A DNA stretch of 32,000 nucleotides, taken from assembly GCF_000008565.1 (NCBI RefSeq), contig NC_001263.1, positions 1,499,110 to 1,531,109 of the forward strand. The letters run 5' to 3'. The position numbers were made by a program, and so were the translations under genes. This DNA comes from Deinococcus radiodurans R1 = ATCC 13939 = DSM 20539 (lineage in GTDB: Bacteria; Deinococcota; Deinococci; Deinococcales; Deinococcaceae). How positions within the stretch are numbered: the first letter of the stretch is position 1; each line of letters starts with the position of its first letter. A model generated the notes under the pieces. The model did not search any database and had not been told where the DNA came from. It worked only from the letters and a program-made list of their open reading frames with translations. Of this stretch, positions 14,251-25,896 are shown piece by piece.

Positions 14251-14391
14251 AGGTTGAAGGGTTTCCAGAGGTTTGGGGGTCTGAGGGTCTAAGAGTCTGA
14301 GGGTCGAACCGTCAAAAGGTCTAAAGGCAAAGGAGGCAGCAGGCCTTAGACCTTTAGACCTTTTGACCCTTAGACGGCGAGCAAAGCGAGC
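14251..14391. repeat. octamer-periodic palindromic intergenic repeat, copy A (nuoH-nuoI gap); resembles the Deinococcus small non-coding repeat / MITE-like class
   Basis: Six GGTCTRAG-like octamers at 14278-14325, an 18-nt centre, four CYTTAGAC-like octamers at 14344-14375, then GGCGAGCA AAGCGAGC at 14376-14391. Contains a perfect 17-bp stem (14311-14327 with 14351-14367). Confidence 0.85.
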
Positions 14392-14402
14392 ACCGTGCCC
14401 CA

Positions 14403-15595
14403 TCAGTCGCCTCCCAGCGGGCGGCCCGGCACTCGTTTTTCCTCGTTGCGCAGGGCAGGCGAGTTCCACAGCCCGCGCACCGCGTCGCTGGCGGCAAAGA
14501 GGATGAGCAGCAGCAGCAAGCTGACCGCGCCGAGCAGCCACAGCCGGGGAATGCCGAACAGCCCCTCGGCGGGCACGAAGGCGAGCACCGCCGCCACCAC
14601 CAGCGTGTTGACGAGCGCGAGCGGCAGCGTCAGCTTCCAGCCCAGGCGCATGAGCTGGTCGTAGCGCAGGCGGGGCAGCGTGGCGCGCACCCAGATGAAC
14701 AGAAACATGAAAAAGGCGATTTTGGCGATCAGCCACACCAGCGGCCACGAGCTGATGCCGGGAATGAGCGGCTCTAGAAAGGTCGGCCCCCGGTAGCCGC
14801 CGAAAAACAGCGTGCTCATCAGCGCCGAGGCGGTCATGATGTTGACGTATTCCGCCATCTGAAAGAGCGCCCACTTGATGGACGAATACTCGGTGAGGTA
14901 GCCGGCCACCAGTTCCTGCTCGGCTTCCGGCAGGTCGAACGGGGTGCGGTTGACTTCGGCAAAGCTGCTCACCATAAACAGCGCGAAGGCGAACACCTGA
15001 AAAAGAATCAGCCAGCCGTGCCCGCGCGGGCCCGCTTGCCACTCCACGATGTCCAGAAAGTTGGTGCTCCCCACCAGCATCAGCAGGCCGAGCACGCTCA
15101 GGCCCATGCCGAGTTCGTAGGAAATCATTTGCGCCGAGGAGCGCAGCGAGCCCAGCATCGGGTACTTGGACCCCGATGCCCAGCCGCCGAGAAAGATGCC
15201 GTAGACGCCCATCGAGGTCAGTGCCAGCAGCGCCAGAATCCCGGCGTCGAGGTTGTAGACCCAGGGATCGGTCCCGAAGAGACTCCCAGGAGGCCCTGCC
15301 GGAATGCCCCCGAAGGCGGTGAGCGCCATGCCGATGGCAAGAATCGGCGCGAGGGTATACACCAGCTTGTCGGCCAGCGTGACGGTCACGTCCTCCTTGA
15401 AAATGCTCTTGATGGCGTCGGCGAGCGGTTGCAAGAGGCCCATTGGCCCCACCCGGTTCGGTCCGGGGCGCAGCTGAATGCGGCCCAGCAACCGGCGCTC
15501 GATGAGGGTCATGTACGCGAAGGCGGTGAGCAGCGCGAGGGCGACCAGCACGGCCTTGAGCAGCGTAATCAGCAGCGCGGAAAGCCAATCGGGCA

Positions 15596-15596
<1 letters not shown>
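14403..15596 (-). CDS. nuoH: NADH-quinone oxidoreductase subunit H
   Basis: 397-aa polytopic NuoH/ND1 family protein. Its ATG overlaps the nuoG TGA by 1 nt. Confidence 0.94.
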
Positions 15597-17788
<2,192 letters not shown>

Positions 17789-17809
17789 GGGGCGCCTCCT
17801 TGAGTGGCA

Positions 17810-17907
17810 CGTCTGAGGGTCTGAGGGGCCAAGGGTCCGAGGAAGTCGCGGGCCAACTCTCTTAGACCCTTAGACTCTTCGACCTTTAAACCGCGAGCAA
17901 CGCGAGC
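17810..17907. repeat. octamer-periodic palindromic intergenic repeat, copy B (nuoF-nuoG gap)
   Basis: CGTCTGAG GGTCTGAG GGGCCAAG GGTCCGAG ... TCTTAGAC CCTTAGAC TCTTCGAC CTTTAAAC CGCGAGCA ACGCGAGC, then CA plus the nuoF stop. Confidence 0.85.
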
Positions 17908-17909
17908 CA

Positions 17910-19240
<1,331 letters not shown>

Positions 19241-19244
<4 letters not shown>

Positions 19245-19864
19245 GGAGCACCTCCGCTGGCAGCGGTCAAGGGGGTCAGGTCGCGCACCGAGCCGCCGAC
19301 CGTGGTGCCCTTGGCGGTGCTTTGCCGTCCGTCTGCGCCCACCGGCACGGGCACCGGGTGGTCGGTCGCGGGTTTCTGGTCGGCCTGGAGCGCCGCCAAC
19401 AGCTCGGCGAGCCGCGCCGGGCCGACGCGCTCGTAAAAGCCCTCGTCGTTGAGCTGGAGGACGGGCGCGGTGCCGCAACTGCCGAGGCATTCCACCTTCT
19501 GCACGCTGAAGCGGCCATCCGGCGTCACCTCACCGGGCTGTACGTCCAGCCGCGTGACGAGTTCGTCCCACAGCGCATCGGACCCGGCAAGCGCGCACAT
19601 CAGCGTGCTGCACACCTGGAGGTGATACCGGCCCGTCGGCACCGTGTGGTAGGTGGAATAAAAGCTCATCACCGAGCGAACTTCCGTGGCGGTGGTGCCG
19701 CACAGTTCGGCGATTTCAGCCAGGCGCGGCGCCGCCACGAAGCCCTCGGCGTCTTGCACCTCACGCAGCAGCGGCATCAGCGCGGAACGCCTTCCCTGCG
19801 GCGTGTCCGGATACCGCGAAAAAATCTCGGCTACGAGGGGTGTTTTGTCTGCGAAGTAAGACAA
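19241..19864 (-). CDS. nuoE: NADH-quinone oxidoreductase subunit E (24-kDa, 2Fe-2S)
   Basis: Thioredoxin-like 2Fe-2S Cys pattern (CSTLMC ... CLGSCGTAP). Start assigned to TTG 19864 ([10 protein letters not shown]...) because GGGAGG lies 6 nt upstream. No in-frame ATG lies between the SD and the conserved region. Confidence 0.88.
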
Positions 19865-20340
19865 GAGTTGCCTCCCGAAGAAAGTCGGTACAGATAAGAA
19901 AAGGTCAGCAGCAAAGGGCTCAGCGCCACGGCCAGAAAGGGCAGCTGATGGCCGAATTTCTCGCTCAGCGCCGGCCACAGCTCCTGCTCCGTCAAGGTGA
20001 GGCTGTCCCAGGGCAGCAGCGTGGTCATGGCTCCCAGCACGCCGCACCACAGCCCGGCCCGCAGCCACGGACTCAGCGACAGTTCGCCCCGCCAGCGCCG
20101 AAAAATGGCCGTCAGCAACGCGGCCCAGCCGACGACGCCCGCCAGGATGCACACGCTCACGAGGACCAGGCCCCAGCTCTCGCGCAAGTCGGTCAGCGCC
20201 AGCACGCCGAGAGTGCCACTGAACACGAGACCCAGCAGGGTGATCGGCGAGAGCAGCAGCGCCGGAACGAGGCCGAACACGATGTCGGCTGCCCGGCTCG
20301 CGGGCATGACCGGCGGTTTCGTGCAGCAGGGCGCACTCAC
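19831..20340 (-). CDS. hypothetical integral membrane protein inserted between nuoD and nuoE
   Basis: 169-codon ORF. GTG 20340 forms a GTGA overlap with the nuoD stop; the alternative ATG 20307 corresponds to M12. About four hydrophobic helices. GC3-rich codons. The 3' end overlaps the nuoE start by 34 nt. I recognise no family motif. Confidence 0.6.
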   Translation of the reverse strand: MSAPCCTKPPVMPASRAADIVFGLVPALLLSPITLLGLVFSGTLGVLALTDLRESWGLVLVSVCILAGVVGWAALLTAIFRRWRGELSLSPWLRAGLWCGVLGAMTTLLPWDSLTLTEQELWPALSEKFGHQLPFLAVALSPLLLTFSYLYRLSSGGNSCLTSQTKHPS

Positions 20341-21542
20341 CGGTCTACATCCCCCAGCACCGGGTCAATGGTCGCCAGGATGGTAATCAGGTCGGCAAAC
20401 TGCACGCCTACGCAGGCGTATTCCAGCGCTTGCAGGTTGACGAAACTCGGCGCCCGAATCTTGACGCGGTAGGGCATGGAGCCGCCATCGGAGATGACGT
20501 AGTACCCGACCTCGCCGCGCGCCGACTCGATGGGCACGTACGCCTCGCCGAGCGGCGGGTGAAAGCCCTCGGTCACGAGTTTGAAGTGGTGAATGACCGC
20601 TTCCATGCTCGTTTCGAGTTCGTGGCGTGGCGGCAGGCTGATTTTGCGGTTGGGGTCTTTGATCGGTCCTGGCCGCAGCTTTTGCAAACCCTGACGAATG
20701 ATTTTGATGCTCTCGCTGAACTCGAGCAGCCGCATATTGAAGCGGGCGAGCGAGTCGCCGTCGGGGCTGGAAATCACGTTGAAGTCGTAGTCTTCGAAGC
20801 CGCAGTAAGGATGGTCCTTGCGGTTGTCGAGCGGCACGCCCGAGGCCCGCAGGTTCGGCCCGGTCAGGCCGAGGTCGAGCGCGGCGTCGGCAGGAATCAC
20901 GCCCACGCCCTTCGCCCGGTCCAGAAAAATCGGGTTGGCGGCAAAGAGGGTGGTGTACTCCTCCACGCCGCGTTCCATCTGGTTCAGGAAGGCCTCCACC
21001 CGCGCGGTCCAGCCCTCCGGCAGGTCGCGGGCGAGGCCACCGACGCGGAAGTAGCCCTGGTTCATGCGGTAGCCGCAGACCGCCTCAAAGAGGTCCTGGC
21101 ACGCTTCTTTCTCGCGGAAGGCATAGAAAAAAGGCGTCAGTGCCCCGAGGTCGAGGAGGCCGGTTCCCACGAACACGAGGTGGCTGTGAATGCGCCCGAG
21201 TTCATGCAAAATCACCCGCACCACGTTCGCCCGCTCCGGCACCTCGGCGCCCAGCAGCTTTTCCACGCTCAGCACGTAGGCGAGTTCGTGCGAGAAGGAG
21301 TGCAGGTAGTCGGTGCGCGGCGCGTAGGTGACGTTTTGCTGGTAGGTGCGGTGCTCCATCGTCTTTTCGAAGCCGGTGTGGAGGTAGCCCATGTGCGGTT
21401 CCACGCGGGTCACGTACTCGCCGTCCATGTCCACCACCAGCCGCAGCACGCCGTGGGTGGACGGGTGCTGCGGGCCGACGTTGAGCGACATCAGCTCGGT
21501 GTGGAGCAGGGCGCCGGCTTCGGGCTGAAGTTCTGCCGTCAT
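20337..21542 (-). CDS. nuoD: NADH-quinone oxidoreductase subunit D (49-kDa)
   Basis: [18 protein letters not shown] signature. ATGA overlap with the nuoC stop. Confidence 0.95.
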
Positions 21543-22213
21543 TTCGGTCCCCCTTCCGGCAACAGCGGCGGCACGATGTCCTCCCGGCGCCGTTCGCCCC
21601 GGCGCATTTCGCCCCGGTAGCCGGTCAGCCCGCGCTGCTGCCCGCTCAGGCCCGCGCGGAAGGCAGCGGGGTCAAGAAAGCGGCCCTCGCGGAACAGCGT
21701 CGGCGTTTCCCCCAGCGGAAAGTCCTTGCGCAGTGGATGGCCTTCGAGGTCGTCGGGCGTCAGTACCTTGCGGAGGTCGGGGTGTCCGGTAAATTCGATG
21801 CCGAGCAGGTCGTACACCTCGCGCTCCAGATAGTTGGCGGCCTTCCAGATGGGAAAAAGGCTGTCCACTGCCTCGCCCTCCGAGAGCCACACCCGCAGAA
21901 ACAGCCGGCGGTGGTCGCGGGGGTGCGCCACGCTGTAGAGCACCGCGAACGGCTGGGGCCGGGGCGCCGTATAGCGCGAGTAATCCACCCCGATGACGTC
22001 AAGCAGCATGAACCCGCGTGCCCGCAGTTGCTGCGCGGTGTGCAGGAGCTCCCCGGCCTCCACGGCGGCGGTCGGTTGCAGGCCCTCTTCGGCACTCAAA
22101 CCGAGTTCGGCGAGCAGCGGCGCCACGTCGCGGCTTTCGGCGAGGCGGCGAGTCGAGCGGGCGGCAGTGTCCCTGAGATTGGTTTCCGGCAGACCAGCAT
22201 CCGGCGCTGTCAT
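21539..22213 (-). CDS. nuoC: NADH-quinone oxidoreductase subunit C (30-kDa)
   Basis: Conserved core ...[48 protein letters not shown]. Start at ATG 22213 (MTAPDAG), forming an ATGA overlap with the nuoB stop. The longer track ORF is read-through into the nuoB region. Confidence 0.92.
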
Positions 22214-22755
22214 CGCAGCTCCCGGGTCCAGGCGTCCACCATCGGCAGTTGCTGCCCGAGCTGATCGAAGGCCTCGCCGCGCACCTTTTTCTGGAGCTGC
22301 ATCACGGCGTAGATCAGCGCCTCGGGGCGGGGCGGGCAGCCGGGCACGAAAATGTCCACCGGCACCACGCTGTCCACGTTCTGCACCACGGCGTAGTTGT
22401 TGAACATGCCGCCCGAGCTCGCGCACGCGCCCATGCTGATGACCCACTTGGGGTCGGGCATCTGGTCGTACACCCGGCGCATGACCGGGGCCATTTTCTT
22501 GCTCAGGCGTCCGGCGACAATCATCACGTCGGCCTGCCGGGGAGAGGCGCGAAAGACCTCGGACCCGAAGCGGCTCATGTCGTTGCGGGCGTTGGTGGAG
22601 CTCATCATCTCGATGGCGCAGCACGCCAGCCCGAAGGTCGCCGGCCACAGGCTGTTGCTGCGGCCCCACGCCACCAGTTTTTCCAGGCTGGAAAACAGCA
22701 CGCCCTCGGATTCGAGCTCCTGCCAGTCGCGGTCGATGAGTTCTTTCAGGGGCAT
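22210..22755 (-). CDS. nuoB: NADH-quinone oxidoreductase subunit B (20-kDa, N2 cluster)
   Basis: [10 protein letters not shown] ... GACASSGG ... VPGCPPRPE cluster-N2 ligand motifs. Confidence 0.95.
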
Positions 22756-22779
22756 GGGGGGGCCTCCCTTTGGGCGAAA

Positions 22780-22859
22780 GGTCTAAGGGTCCGAGGGTCT
22801 AAACGTCTGAGCCTTAGACCCTTAGACTTTTCGACTCTCAGACAGCGAGCACCGCGAGC
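22780..22859. repeat. octamer-periodic palindromic intergenic repeat, copy C (nuoA-nuoB gap), minimal form
   Basis: Exactly ten contiguous octamers: GGTCTAAG GGTCCGAG GGTCTAAA CGTCTGAG | CCTTAGAC CCTTAGAC TTTTCGAC TCTCAGAC | AGCGAGCA CCGCGAGC, then CA plus the nuoA stop. Confidence 0.85.
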
Positions 22860-22861
22860 CA

Positions 22862-23224
22862 TCAAGCCCATTCCAGCACCTTCTTTTTCAGCACGTAGAC
22901 ATAACCCACGAGCAGAAGCAGCACGAAGGTGAGGGCCTCGAAAAAGGCGAACTGCGGCAGCTTCTGGTAGGCCACCGCCAGCGGGTAGAAAAAGGCCGTT
23001 TCGATGTCGAAGACGATAAACAGCATGGCGACGAGGTAAAAGTGCACCGGAAAGCGCTGCCCGGTGCCCACGCCGCCGCGTTCGGGGTCGTTGCCCGATT
23101 CGTAGGCCATCAACTTGGTGCGGGTCGCCTTTTTGGGGCCGAGCAGCCCGCTCACCACGATAGCCAGAATGCCGATGCCGATGCCCACCAGCAACATGAT
23201 CAGAAAATTGGCGTACTGTACGAT
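22862..23224 (-). CDS. nuoA: NADH-quinone oxidoreductase subunit A
   Basis: Conserved core [21 protein letters not shown] ... [18 protein letters not shown]. The 3' end is certain but the 5' end is uncertain. AGGAGGGAGG (23231-23240) is positioned 6 nt from an ATC codon at 23224, giving a 120-aa product. The alternatives are ATG 23197 (no SD) and ATG 23344 (a 40-aa non-homologous extension). Confidence 0.8.
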   Translation of the reverse strand: MVQYANFLIMLLVGIGIGILAIVVSGLLGPKKATRTKLMAYESGNDPERGGVGTGQRFPVHFYLVAMLFIVFDIETAFFYPLAVAYQKLPQFAFFEALTFVLLLLVGYVYVLKKKVLEWA

Positions 23225-23332
23225 GGTTTTCCTCCCTCCTGACTCCAGCCTTTCCCGCTCCTGGCTCAGCTCGTGAAAAGAGGCACGAACGACTGCAAAA
23301 AAAGAGAGTCTGTCTGGTGTCAGCCTGATTTG

Positions 23333-23350
23333 TAGAACACTCATGTTCTA
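23333..23350. promoter_or_regulatory. candidate operator in the nuo operon upstream region
   Basis: Perfect inverted repeat TAGAACA-CTCA-TGTTCTA, about 110 nt upstream of the nuoA SD and downstream of the rseP terminator. Confidence 0.4.
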
Positions 23351-23400
23351 GCACGGACAGCGGCGCGGGACGCCCGGAGGACGGCAAAAGTGAGGACAGC

Positions 23401-23432
23401 AAAACGCCGCCAGCCCGAACAGGCCAGCGGCG
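23401..23432 (-). terminator. intrinsic terminator after rseP (strand-specific)
   Basis: In the minus-strand RNA, CGCCGCUGGCC-UGUUCG-GGCUGGCGGCG forms an 11-bp stem that includes two G-U pairs, followed by UUUUG. On the plus strand the same positions are mismatches. Confidence 0.6.
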
Positions 23433-23445
23433 GAGAAGGTAGGAC

Positions 23446-24579
23446 TCAGAAAAAGCGGCTCACGTCACGTACCACCACGAACAGGGTCAGCAACATCACG
23501 AAGGCGAAGCCCCCGAGGTTGATGGCCTGCTCCTGCTGAAAGCTCAGCGGACGGCCTCGCAGCGCGCTCACCAGGACGAGCAGGATGCGCCCGCCGTCCA
23601 GCCCCGGAATGGGAATCAGGTTGAAAAAGGCGAGCGAGAGGTTGAGCAGCGTCGCCACCTGCACCAGTGCCCAGGGGCTGAGCGCGGCGGCGCGGCTGAT
23701 GACCTCGGCGGTGCCGATGGGACCGCTCACGTTCTGGTCCTGCGAGATGTCGAGCGTAAAGAACTTTTTGAAAAGGCCGGTAAACGCCCCCACGAGCTGC
23801 GGCACCGCCCGCACGGTCGTATCCACCGAAGTCACGAACGCCTGCCCCACGCCGACCTGCCGCACGTCGGGGCCATAGCGGATGCCGAGCAGTTGACGCT
23901 GACCGTTCACGGTGGGCTGCCAGTCGAAGGCGACCTGCCGGGTCTGAACCGGTTGCCCCTGCTCGGCCCGTTCCACCGTGAAGGTGTGACGCCCAGCCTG
24001 CGCCAGCGCGTCGCGCACGCCCTCGTAACCGGCGGCCTCCTGGCCCCCCACCCGGCGGGTTTCGGGGATGTCCTGGCCGTCAATGGCGGTAATCACGTCC
24101 CCGGCGCGCAGCCCCAGTGCCTGTGCCCGCGATCCCGTTTCCACACTCTCGATGCGGGCGCGGTCGAGCGCCGGAATGCCCTGCGACGTGAAGCTCACGG
24201 TCATCAGCCCCAGCGTGAGCAGCAGGTTGGTCAGCGGCCCGGCGAGCAGCACCGCGATTTTGCCCCAGGCCGGAAGCGCCGCGAAGCCCCGTGTGGGGAG
24301 GCGCCACTGGCCGTCGGCGTCCTCCACGGGCGCCATGCCGTCGATTTCCACATACCCGCCGATGGGCAGCAGCGACACCCGCCACTCGGTGCCGCGCCAG
24401 AGCTTCTTGAACAGCACCGGCCCCATGCCCACCGAGAACGAATTGACCCGCACGCCCTGGGCGCGGGCGAGCCCGTAGTGCGCCAGTTCGTGCAGAAAGA
24501 CCGAGACGCCGAAGATGATGGCCGTCCACAGCAACCCCAGCGGCGTCAGTGCGGCGGCCATGCCTTGCAGGACATTCAC
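23446..24579 (-). CDS. rseP: RseP-type site-2 (M50 family) zinc metalloprotease with PDZ domain
   Basis: HELAHY zinc motif in TM1, PDZ segment ([16 protein letters not shown]), and [15 protein letters not shown] motif. GTG 24579 forms a GTGA overlap with the dxr stop; ATG 24561 is an alternative. Confidence 0.9.
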
Positions 24580-25766
24580 GCGCCCACCCCGGCGCCGCCG
24601 ACCCCGTAGGCACAGAGTTCCTGCGCTCTGGCGCGTGCCCAGGCGTCCGTCTCCGTCAGGCTGTCCCAGGTGAGGGCGCCGCCGGGCGTCTCGTCCAGCA
24701 CCCTTTCAATCAGCTGGGGAATGTCCAGAAAGCCGATGCGCCCGTGCAGGAAAGCGTCCACCGCCACCTCGTCCGCCGCGTTGAGCGCCACTGGCAGGAG
24801 TCCGCCCGCCTCACCCGCCCGGTAAGCGAGCGCGAGGCAGGGAAAGCGCGTCAGGTCCGGTGCCCGGAATTCCCACTGCCCCAGCAGCGGCCAGCCGAGA
24901 TGCTCCCCGACCTCTTCCCCACGCCGCGCCCCGCGCACGTCGCCGGGGTGTTGCATCCCGCTCGGCGCGGCGTCGATGGCGTAGGCAATCGGCAGGCGCA
25001 TGTCCGCTGGGCCGAACTGCGCTTTCAGGCTGCCGTCGCGCAATCGCACCGCCGCGTGAACGATGCTCTGCGGATGAACGACCACGCCCACCTGCGAGAG
25101 CGGCAGGCCGTAGAGGCTGGCACACTCCATGACTTCCAGGCCCTTGTTCATCAGGGTGGCCGAGTCGATGGTCACTTTGGGCCCCATGCTCCACGACGGA
25201 TGCTTCAGCGCCTGCTCAGGCGTGACCGCGCTCAGGTCGGCGGGGCCATCCCGAAACGGCCCGCCCGATGCCGTGAGAATCAACTCGGCCACGTCCCCCA
25301 TATCCTCGCCGGTCAGGCACTGGTAGACCCCGGTGTGCTCGGAATCTACCGGCACCACCCGGCCCCCACCCGCTGCCGCCGCTTCCCACATCAAGTGGGC
25401 CGACGTGACCATCGCTTCCTTCGTCGCCAGTGCCACCGCCTGCCCGGCTTCGAGTGCGGCGCGGGTGGGGGGCAAACCAATCAGGCCGCTCATGGCGTTG
25501 ACAACCACATCGGCCTGTGCCACCGCTGCTTCGGAGGGGTCGGCAATCACGCGCACTCCGCTCAGCCGTTCTCTCGCCTCGGCCAGAATGGACCCGTCCA
25601 CGCTGACCAGGGCGGGCCGGAACTCGCGCACCTGCTCGGCGAGCAAGTCCAGATTGCGTCCGGCGGCGAGCGTGCCCACCGTATACCCGCGCTGCCGCGC
25701 CACGTCCAGTGTTTGCGTGCCGATGCTGCCTGTACTGCCCAGAACGGTGAGTCTCACGCCCGACAT
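24576..25766 (-). CDS. dxr: 1-deoxy-D-xylulose 5-phosphate reductoisomerase
   Basis: [22 protein letters not shown]-binding N-terminus, plus PVDSEH and HPSWSMG motifs. Start at M21 of the track ORF (ATG 25766), which gives the usual short N-terminus. Confidence 0.93.
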
Positions 25767-25852
25767 GGTACGTGGGCCCGCTCGCTCGGAAGGTGGGACG
25801 ACGGGGAAAGAGCAGTCAATTTTCATATAAAATTGAATCTATGACATGACCT

Positions 25853-25883
25853 AAGAAAACCGGCCTTCTCTTCAGGCCGGCTT
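25853..25883 (-). terminator. intrinsic terminator after cdsA
   Basis: Minus-strand RNA AAGCCGGCC-UGAAGAGAA-GGCCGGUUU (9 bp including one G-U pair), followed by UCUU. Confidence 0.6.
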
Positions 25884-25896
25884 CCATGCAGAGCGC

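Noticed and set aside
14278-14391. Whether the short reiterated GGTCTRAG units could be a CRISPR array or a coding repeat
   Set aside because: The units are 8 nt with no spacers, are arranged as inverted arrays that form a hairpin, and occur three times at separate intercistronic sites. There are no cas genes. This is not CRISPR architecture, and the open frames across them are only read-through of neighbouring ORFs.
23333-23350. Assigning the nuoA upstream palindrome to LexA (Cheo box), Rex, CRP/FNR or the Deinococcus radiation-desiccation response motif
   Set aside because: The GAAC/GTTC cores are spaced by 6 nt rather than 4. The half-sites differ from Rex TTGTGAA and CRP TGTGA. There is no resemblance to the RDRM palindrome as I remember it. 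It is kept only as an unassigned candidate operator.
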